DNA of 62,498 nucleotides, filler included, from Pirum gemmata (taxonomy: Eukaryota): the NCBI GenBank assembly GCA_002812295.1. It is 16 parts of 16 records of this genome, joined end to end, with 100 filler letters (N's around TTAATTAATTAA, not from the genome) between each part and the next. Parts side by side here need not be neighbours in the genome. Positions count along the whole stretch, not along the records: positions 49,582 to 53,779 come from PDIN01002647.1; positions 53,880 to 59,031 come from PDIN01002648.1; positions 59,132 to 62,498 come from PDIN01002649.1; 13 more parts are not named here. One strand, 5' to 3'. Under the pieces are notes generated by a model. It did not search any database and was not told where the DNA came from. It was given only the letters and a program-made list of their open reading frames with translations. Numbering within the stretch: position 1 is the stretch's first letter; the number at the start of each line of letters is the position of its first letter. Position numbers and translations under genes: made by a program. Shown piece after piece: positions 52,739 through 62,498 of this stretch.

Positions 52739-52896
52739 AAGGACGTCACCTAATCTTAGGTATGCCTCTTTGTCCAAAACACTTTTGGTCATAATTTTAA
52801 AGTTCATTTTAATAATTAATTACTGCCCAAAACAGTTTAGGTCACACTTTCGAAGTTTCGAGCAATGACTTCTATCAAAGAATAAGTGACGTCCTT
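52739..52896. mobile_element. MITE family E (TIR AAGGACGTCAC / GTGACGTCCTT); second copy at 51282-51426
   Basis: 11-bp perfect TIR; two near-identical copies. Confidence 0.82.
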
Positions 52897-52990
52897 TAGA
52901 ACTACTGGAGTCTACTATATCTAGTAGCCAGAGTGGTCTCTACTAGCTAGCTATGATAGTAGCTAGCTAGAAATGTATTTGATATTGACA

Positions 52991-53134
52991 GGGAGCGTTC
53001 AAATAGTACGTTACGCCAACTTCCCGTCAAATACAGCTTCAAATACCTCTACCTACCTGCCCCTCGACGTTAATTTACGGTCAAATAGACCTACCTACCT
53101 ACCCCTTGACGCGACGTATTATTTGAACGCTCCC
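52991..53134. mobile_element. MITE family C copy with perfect 15-bp TIR GGGAGCGTTCAAATA
   Basis: GGGAGCGTTCAAATA...TATTTGAACGCTCCC. Confidence 0.88.
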
Positions 53135-55127
53135 ATACTTCATGGGGATTTGCACTACTTTTGCACTAGACTAGAACTAAACCCGCGCACACCGGTTAAT
53201 TGATCTGTCTGTTGTAGCTATTAGCTACCTAAAGTAGATGAGGATGTTTTCAGCTATGATACTACTACTAGCTTCGTTATATTTAATAGTTTGTTAAAAT
53301 AATTGTGCTGCTTTAATTAAAACCTAAATAATGGTCATTTTCAGTCCATTTTCTGTTTAGGCCATAAAAATGTTTACGTTATAAGCAAAGAAAAAGAAGT
53401 GGAAAAGTATGTTATATTATTATTATAAGAGCATTTCTGAGTTCTGTATTTGCGTCCTGTATCACAATAGAACTTTGATTATATGATAAATCAATAGATT
53501 CGGTACCTTTCTTATGGGCTTGGTATCAACAACTATAGTGAACTGAAAGTTGCACTATTACATAATATTAAAATATTATCATAATAGAGTCGGACAAATA
53601 GAGTCTTTAAAAATAGACTAACAACATCTGGTGTAGCTAGCTAGCTGCTATTGATATCAAATTAGATCAAATTATCGTGGTTTTCTAGCTATGCATAGCT
53701 AGCTAGCTAGCTAGCTAGCAGTGGTTTTAATTAATAAATAGACTTGGGTATAATAATAGTAATAATAATAATAATAGTANNNNNNNNNNNNNNNNNNNNN
53801 NNNNNNNNNNNNNNNNNNNNNNNTTAATTAATTAANNNNNNNNNNNNNNNNNNNNNNNNNNNNNNNNNNNNNNNNNNNNTTTTCATACCATGTCTGGGGG
53901 TCGAGATACGGCTCGGTGAACCGGGGGTTAGATATGGAATCAGGTTGAGTTCCCCCACCATAGAAAACATTCTTCCATTTCTTTCAAACAACTAAGGAGT
54001 TTTGAATTTGAACTCCTTGAAACAACCTACCGACAGCAGATATTTCCATAATAAGACATAATTTCCAAAAAAATCCCAAAAGATCTTTTAAACTATATAT
54101 GGTTTCTTTATATGTTAAAAAAGTAACAAGGCTGGTTAATGTTTCCATATATTACTATGTGGGTTTTTTCGGAAAAACAGGGGAAAAACTAAAAACTGGG
54201 TTAGGGACCTTAGTTAGTCAGTTAGCTATAGCTAGCTAGCTAGCTAGCTAGCTACTGTTTATCATAATTATGATTCATATCGATATCATAATTATTATTA
54301 TGATACTGAAAGTATACTGAAGTTATTGGACCCGATGAGTCGGCGATGACTCCTGCTAGCTCTAGTAGTAGCTAGAGTAGCTAGCTAGCTTAGTGGTCCT
54401 CTCAGACTCCTCTGGAGTCTGAACTAGTAGTCTATCGAATTATGATAATTATGATAATATATCAATATTGATACAGGATCATACAGATCGATACTACTAG
54501 CTAGCTACTATCATACTGGAGCTATTCTACTACTAACTAGCTAGCTAGAGCTAGCTAGAGTAATACAATGAGACAAATGAGACCATGATAGTTATTCTAT
54601 GATAGTTATTCTATCATAAGTTCTAACAGTTACTAAAGACTACTATGCCAATCATTAATTAGACTAGTTATTCTAACTAAAGACTACCGTATAGTGTCGT
54701 ATTCCAAACAAAGACTCCATGAATTTTTCCTGGGGTCTTTGTGTATGCATATGCCTGGGGTCTTTGAGTGGTCTTTCCGTATGCACATAGTCGTATGATA
54801 GTCACTTAGGTCACTATCATACTAGCTAGCTAGAGACTATATAGCTAGCTAGCTAGAAGTAAAAGTCTCTAACTATTGATATCATAAATCTAGCTAGCTA
54901 GCTAGTCTACTACTATTTTAATTAATTAATATAGCTATCATAGTATCGATATCGATAAAAGTCACTATGATACTAATAAAAATTTATTAATAATAATAAA
55001 AATATCTTGAACCAAAATTATAATATTATGATAAAGCGAATAAAAAATAAAAAATAAAATTAATTAATTATTAAAATAAAAAAAAGGAGGTTCGGTCATT
55101 AATTATGGGTTTGTTTTATTATTGATT

Positions 55128-57021
55128 TTAAGATTTTATACTCCATGACAACGTTCTTTTTTTACCTTTTCTTACAATTGAATTTGAAGACATCAAATTT
55201 GCTTCCGTTTCACTGTCAGATTTATCAGACAAATACTTATTTTCTCTCTCGTTACCATTAATATTAATAATATTATTTTCTTCATTACTTCTTGTGGCTT
55301 TCAACGCATTAAAAAATTTAGTTACCTTGACCAAAGGTGTTGCAGATTTCTCTTGCTCTTTCAAATTTGTATTTGTACATGTGTTATCTTCTGCATCATT
55401 AAATGAATATTGTTTAGATTTTCCTAACGTTGTTTCAAAATGCACTGTATGTTTCGTTTCCTTATTATTAACATCGATGTTGTTATTCTTATTGATGACA
55501 TTATGGTAGTTATTAATATTCCTGTTATTGTCCTTGCTGCTATTACTGTCATTATTGTTTCGGTAATTGTCATTTTCATTAGTACCAGCGCGATTTCTCT
55601 TACTTGGATGTTCCCCACCTATAAAAGACTGATAGGATAAATTTGGTTCGGATTGGAATGACATCAATCTTTGGTGACGTTGTTGTGATTGTTGGTCATC
55701 TTTGGCCCATAACGTTATATTAAGCTTTCCATTGGAAGCCATTGAAGATGGACGAGAATTTGATTTAGTTTTAATTTGCTCTGCGGTTTTGGCGAAACTT
55801 TCTGAGCCCCATTCTCTTGGAGGTAATTCGGGGATGGAACTGTTACGTTTAAGTTTTTTGGTATTGATTCGTGTTGTAGGGGAACCGATCGCGAGGCTTT
55901 TTGTATTAATTTTATTGTTGCTATCGTCACAACTTGTGCAACTTTCCCTACCCAGACTGCTTCTATTACTATTGCTAGTACTACTACCAAAGTTGCTGTT
56001 ATTACTGTTACTGCTACCAACACTGTTACTGCTGAAGGTATTTTCGCTGTCGCCAATAAGGTTTTCACGTGTACTATTTGTTAATTGACTTACTGAGCTA
56101 GATTTACGAAAGTTTGTTTTACGATTAATATCTACGTTAAGGAGTGTATATATATCTGCTAGTAATGGGGTTTCGATCAAATCATCGTAATGATCAAAAG
56201 AGTTACTTCTCGTTAATGTTTTGAGAACCGGTTGTTCGTACGATTGATTGTAAATATTGTTATTGCAATTGTTACCCAACTCGTCAGTTGGGTTTAGAGC
56301 ATCCATAACACATACATAGTTACCTTCTTGATTTTTTAAGTCATTGGTGGAGTCATTATCATCAGTCATATTACTGTTCGTGTTATCAACTTGATTATGT
56401 GTATCAATTACAACTTCGTCATGATTAGTATCTTGATATTTATAATCAATATCTCCATTTACGTCATTACTGATATGATTACGTTGACAACGAATTTGAA
56501 CTGGTTCAATTTTGTCTGGGCGCTCATATATATCATTATCATCATCATCATCATCATCAGCGTTATTATTTACATGTAGTAGCGATGGTTCTGATTGCGA
56601 TTTTATTACTGATTGTGTTGGTTGAAGTAGCGATTGGTTTATTTTTTTAATTTTTATATCCATACTTTGTTGTTCTTGCTCTAGTTCTTGTTCTAGTTTC
56701 TGCTGTACTTGTTCGTTTTGTTTTTTATTTAAAATTTGTTCCTTATCATGTTCTTGTACATGCGTGCCTAAGGTATCTTTGGGTTCTAGTTGGGGGTTGG
56801 GCTGGGGTCTATTGTTTAAAAGTAACGGTTTTTTCTTTGTAGTGTTTGTTAAATTAGCCTGTAGTGAAGCAAAAGTTTGAAACTCTTCAATTTCTGTTCT
56901 TTTTAGTAAATTCACTGGTACTTCTGCCCGAAGTTCAAGCTTACCATCGTAATGCAACATGTTTAATAGTTTAATATCAACGTCTGTATCTAATGTATCC
57001 GTACTAACACTAGTACTCATC
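55128..57021 (-). CDS. Large terminal exon (~630 aa) of an N/S/Q-rich, probably disordered protein; no recognisable domain
   Basis: 1.9-kb open frame with coding-like composition; AAAG acceptor just before the ATG; preceded by an (ATT)n intron-like tract. Confidence 0.8.
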
Positions 57022-57226
57022 CTTTGGTTTAATTATATTATTATATATATAGTAATAGTAATAATAACGTTAAAACAATAATCAAAATAAAACTATAATA
57101 ATATAATATACAATAATAATAATAATAATAATAATAATATAATAATAATAATAATAATATAATATCTATCTATAATTATAATACAAAAGTACTGCAGATT
57201 TCGCACAATTTTACACTTTTCTCACA

Positions 57227-57781
57227 TAAAGTGTCTANTGGTTGTTGGTGTGGTTGTTGGTGTGGTTGTTGGTGCGGTTGATGGTGTGGTTGATGGTGTG
57301 GTTGATGGTGTGGTTGATGGTGTGGTTGATGGTGTGGTTGATGGTGTGGTTGTGGTTGATGTTGTGGTTGATGTTGTGGTTGTGGTTGATGTTGATGTTG
57401 TGGTTGTGGTTGTGGTTGTGGTTGTGGTTGTGGTTGTGGTTGTGGTTGTGGTTGTGGTTGTGGTTGATGTTGTGGTTGATGTTGTGGTTGTTTTGATTGT
57501 AGTTTTTTTGGTTGTACTTGTTCTGGTATGTGTGGTTGAACATAAAAAGACGAAAATAGTGAGTGTGATTGTGGGTAACTTATTGTTATAGTTTGGTCTT
57601 GTCGTACACTTGAAAGTATCTCTTCCCTTAATTGCGTTTTTACTGCGGACTTGTTTTTTCGAAAATGCCCATTGTTCATATATGTACTCTTGTTGGAAGG
57701 TTCTTTCCAAGTCATTTGTTTAAAGTATGCTAGGTCAGGGTTTTCAATTGATTTACGAGTCGATTTCCTAACAAATTGTTC
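57227..57781 (-). CDS. Upstream exon of the same gene (EQFVRKSTRKSIENPDLAYFKQMTWKEP...poly-QP/HQ)
   Basis: TTTAG acceptor at 57782; open Q/P/H frame; candidate GTGAGA donor. The frame across the N at 57238 is unresolved. Confidence 0.55.
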
Positions 57782-60033
57782 CTAAATAAATATATAAATA
57801 ACAGCTCACATTATGTATATTGTCGTTATTATTGCAATAGAAATAAGACATAATTATTTTTTTGGGTTGTCACTGTGGCATACGTTTAATATCAAACAAA
57901 GCTTTACTTACATAATTAAGATTTTGATTTTAACTATATTATAGTATATTGTATATTGTTTATTATCAAAACTTATGTACTTATTTTGGTTTGAAAATAT
58001 AGTATACGGTATATACTTTTTTATTCGATATAAATAAAAATTTGATTGTAATTATAGCATATATTAGTTATATGTCGTATTTGATTTAATTATAAATTTG
58101 CTCATAAATTTGCTATAATTATAGTACATAATTATTATAAATTTGCTTACAAATTTGCTTATAATTATAGTACATACTTATTATTTGTTATCAAAACTTT
58201 TTTATTTATTTTATGTAATTATTAATTTAAACCAGTTGTTTATTATCTATTTGATATGACCAGTAGGTATATCTAACTATAATATATAATATATAGAATA
58301 TTGTTTGTTATCAAAGCCTAACCCCACCCCTTACCCAAACTCTAACAGAAACCCCAACTTTAACTGTAACCCCTTAATAAAATACAAACACAACTTTACA
58401 ACCAAACATAATTATATGAAAATAATATTTTGAACTATAAACACACTACAGCAACAAAGAAAATACATAACACACCACAGGATATTGATAGCTATATTGA
58501 TCTAAAAACTGAAGACTATAGGTTTGGTAAATATATAAAACATGGCATAATAAAAATATGGTAAATTGTTGGTAAAATTAAAAAGTGCACTTACCATGAT
58601 TTCATTTTGGAGAAGTACCAGGAGAAAGACTCTTTTTTTAAAAATTATTCTCCAAACCAAGCTCTGAATTTCCAATCATATTTTAAAAAATTATGGAAAA
58701 CATTGATAATGATGCTAGGCATAGTCTAATAATAATATATATATATTTTTTTATCGATAATTATTTATAAAGCAAAGTACAAAATAAAAATAATTTTTAA
58801 AAAAAACGAAAATCCAGTTCTTGAAACAATCCAGTTGTCCAAAACAAAAACAAAAGCATACTACTAAGCTAGCTAGTCTAGTAGTCTAGTAGACTCAGTA
58901 TGATAGTTTTCTGATAGGTTTTCTGATATGCATAGCTATACTGTCAGACTCTAGCTAGCTATATTTCTATGGTGGGGGAATTCTACCTGATTCCATATCT
59001 TTTAATTAGTGCCAAATTTCAAATTTTTTGANNNNNNNNNNNNNNNNNNNNNNNNNNNNNNNNNNNNNNNNNNNNTTAATTAATTAANNNNNNNNNNNNN
59101 NNNNNNNNNNNNNNNNNNNNNNNNNNNNNNNAAAAAAAAAAAAAAAAAAACAACCAAGCCGTATGAGCTCAAAAATCCAAAAAATCACAAAATGAGCCAA
59201 TTTTAATGAAAGTACTACCAAAGTTTAATAAATAGTCTAACTAATAAACCCTAACCCTAACCAGTAGTAAGTTTTTAGTAATGACTTGGCTAGTTAGCAA
59301 CTCAGCATTAAAAAGATTTTTAGAAAAAAAAAGATTTCTACACTTTTATCCGGCTATGATAGTCAATAAAAAAAAAAAAAAAAAAATGTGAAACCAAAAA
59401 ATTAAAAAATTTGGTGGATCATGGATGGTGTTTCACACACTTTTCACACACTTTTCACACCATGTTTGTGAGAGTTTTGTGTGCGTTTGTGGTTTTAGAC
59501 CTACAGGCTACAGCAGCCTCCGGCACTGTAAAACTCTAGCTAGCTAGCTATGCATAGCTACTCTACTAGACCCTGGTCTAGCTAGTAGCTACTACTAGAT
59601 AAATACCTGAGATAAATACAGGGCTACCAAAGCGCCAGTAGGGGGAACATTAGTGACGTAGTTTTCAAGATATGGTTTTGGGCAAACTTTTTTATTGCCT
59701 CATTTCATAATTTTTCGATTGTCGTAAAATACAGTTTTTTAAATACTATCCAGAGTACAGGCTCAGAGAACTATTAGTTAGAGTAGTATTCGAGTCAAAT
59801 TTAGGTCAAGAATATTATGCCTTTTTTTTTAGCCTTTTTTTTTCAGTTTTTTTTTTTATGGTTTTTTTTTAACCTGGGCCTTCTCTTATTTTACTTTTTT
59901 AAAAAATATGATTCATATAACTTTCATATATCATACAGATTCATACTTATACTATTCATATAGTATTTCTAAGTTATTTCTAATTTTCTATCATAAATTC
60001 TGAATCTGTACAGTATCTGACATCTGTACCCCA

Positions 60034-60195
60034 TTTAAAAACGTCCTACTTTTTTTTACTAATAATTAAAAAGTCTCACTTTTTTTTTTTTGTACGGAAA
60101 TTTCAAACCTATTAAATACCTATTACATTATTACTATTTAGATGTTGGAAAACTGGAAATTCTAGTGAAACCCGAAAGTTGGGCGTTTTTTAATT
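60034..60195. mobile_element. MITE-like family F (TAAAAACGTCC / GG.CGTTTTTTA); copies at 28535-28678 and partial 60545-60668
   Basis: Imperfect TIR; shared core AAATTTCAAACCTATTAAA.ACCTATTACA. Confidence 0.7.
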
Positions 60196-60419
60196 GTTTG
60201 CACCATAGTAGCTAGCTAGCTAGATAGACAATGAGTCTCTAGCTACTAGCTAGCTAGGATATTCAATTCACTACTCTAGCTAGCTAGCTATCACGATATC
60301 TGATAGCTATGAATCCCCTGTAAGAGCTGTAGGAGTCCACACACAGTAGGACTAGCTAGCTAGGTATATAAGCTATACACCAAAAAAAAATGAAAAAAAA
60401 TAGTAAAAAAAATACTTAC

Positions 60420-60450
<31 letters not shown>

Positions 60451-60686
60451 GTTATTATTATCATTATTATTATTATTATTGTTATATTATTAATATTATT
60501 TGAATATTAATATGATGAGTTACTTGCCATTTATTGTACTAATAATTAAAAGTATCACCTTTTTTTTTTATGTACGGAAATTTCAAACCTATTAAATACC
60601 TATTACATTACTAATGTTTGAAAACTGAAAATTCCAGTGAAACCGAAAAGTCGGACATTTTTTAATTGTACCATCTCATTGTATAG

Positions 60687-60874
60687 TATCGTGCTTTTCA
60701 GTTATTTTGTCGTTGTAAAATATACAATAAATAGTGCAAAGTTAATATAATGTAAATCTATTTCATTTAATTTGGTATATTTTATATATATATTTATTTA
60801 AAAAAGTATCAATTTAAATATTATAAACAACCAAATAAATATTCGGAGTGAAAAAATGAATGAAAAGCACTATA
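60687..60874. mobile_element. MITE family A, full-length copy
   Basis: TATCGTGCTTTTCAG...TGAAAAGCACTATA, colinear with 15669-15858. Confidence 0.85.
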
Positions 60875-61878
60875 AAGCAACTATAAAATGTCTGTAAACC
60901 CCACGAAAAATACTATTACTATATTACTATATTACTATATATTATTATTTTCATTTTATAGTGTTATTGCCATATTGACCAAGATTTGTTTGATTTTTGA
61001 GTTTTGATGTTTTGATATTTTGACTTTTTTGTTGTGTGGTGATTCTTGTGTTGTTTTGTTGCTGCGTTGGTGCGTTGGTGTGTTGTGTAATCGTACGCGT
61101 TGCTGTGTTGCTTTGTTGTTGTGTTAATTTTGTATTATTGTGTTATTAATACAGTGTTATTGTGTTATTGTGTTATTGTGTGGTCGTGTGGTTGTGTGGT
61201 TGGGTTGTGTTGTTGTGTTATTGGGCTGTTGTGTTCTTGTTGTGTTAACGTTGTTATATATAATATGTTTTTGTGCTGTATACGTTGTTGTGTTATTGTG
61301 GTTGTTGTTTTATTGCATTGTTGTTGTTGTATTGCTGATTGTTATAATTAGTTCCTGTTGGTTGTTGAACATCTATTAACGAGAGAGCTATTGTTGAACA
61401 CAACAGCTATTGAGTCAGTTATATTATATATGGAACCAGATTTGGGTCTTTCGGTCCATATCACATGGTACCGCTAGCCCTGGCCAATGGTCATGTATAC
61501 AAGGTCAGGGTTAGGGTTAGGGTTAGGGTCTAATAAGGGTTAGGGGTTAGGGTTATAAATTAGGGTTAGGGTTATAAATTAGGGTTAGGGTTATAATTAG
61601 GGTTAAAGGTTAGGGGTAAACTCTTATAGGAATTGCTTAATTAAGTTTTACCGTCTATTTCCAATCCATTATACCATTGTCCTCTCAATCTTTAATTTAA
61701 TTTGGTGCTGTGCATGCTTTAATTAAAGTGTATAATTGAACGTTAACTTGTTTCTAAAAATACAACATAAATTACAACATTAAATTAATTATAACTTCTT
61801 AAATTATTATTGTTATTTAAATACGACTACTACTACTACTACTACTACTACTCTAGCGCTATCATACTGCTAGTACTA

Positions 61879-61912
<34 letters not shown>

Positions 61913-61968
61913 TAGCTACTACTACTACTACTACTACATATACTACTAGCTACTACTAATACTACTAC

Positions 61969-62003
<35 letters not shown>

Positions 62004-62467
62004 GCTAGTAGACTACTATCGATACTACTACGACTACTACAACTACTACTATAGATACTACCATGACTATACTACTACTACTACTATCGATACTGCCTGC
62101 TACACCTAAAGAGTCCTATTATATGATAATTAGTGACAGTAAAGAGTCAAGAAAATAAGAAAAAAACTGATAAAAAAAAATGCGCAATCGGTCAGTGGAA
62201 TCTGGTTACCTAGATTACGTAGCTAGACGTAGCTCTAGCTAGACATCCTAGACAGTCTAGTAGACTAGCTAGGAGTTCAGATTCTTCAAAACTAGCTAGC
62301 TAGGGCTAAGTAAACTGTAGCGGATTCTACCGCAGGATTCTACCGAATGATAATTTGTTTTTTTTAGGAATTATCTTGAAAAGTAAGTCAAATAAGTTCT
62401 AACATTTTCTATTTCAGGATAGTTCTAAGAATTATAATTGGTTAAAAAGGTTTTTTTTAAAAAAAAT

Positions 62468-62498
<31 letters not shown>

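Noticed and set aside
5022..59131. Regularly spaced identical TTAATTAATTAA words (CRISPR-like or biological periodicity)
   Set aside because: They are N-flanked artificial linkers with six-frame stops, not genomic sequence. Gene neighbourhoods across them (e.g. AGO next to GT2) are meaningless.

Overview
AT-rich eukaryotic DNA with spliceosomal introns, TTAGGG-type repeats and many microsatellites. It is probably from a unicellular opisthokont or other protist, but the organism cannot be identified from sequence alone. The window is not one locus. It is 16 small scaffolds (about 3.3-5.2 kb) joined by 15 artificial 100-nt linkers (N44-TTAATTAATTAA-N44), so nothing can be inferred across linkers. 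Recognisable coding sequence: an intronless secreted 592-aa Cys/coiled-coil protein, a degraded Ty1/copia element, L1/Tx1-like LINE debris, the last exon of an Argonaute, two 3' exons of a processive GT2 glycosyltransferase, a Vps45 exon, an ankyrin-repeat pseudogene, a secreted 297-aa orphan, a PAS-like exon and a long low-complexity gene end. At least 7 dispersed non-autonomous repeat families (mostly MITE-like) recur across scaffolds. The most striking pattern is a repeated 'direct duplication + telomeric-repeat filler' signature. One instance appears to have created a clean in-frame GT-AG intron flanked by a 14-bp direct repeat. Another splits a tRNA-like gene with an 8-bp duplication, and at least five further cases are visible. 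A second, (AGCT/CTAG)-type palindromic filler also interrupts repeat copies.
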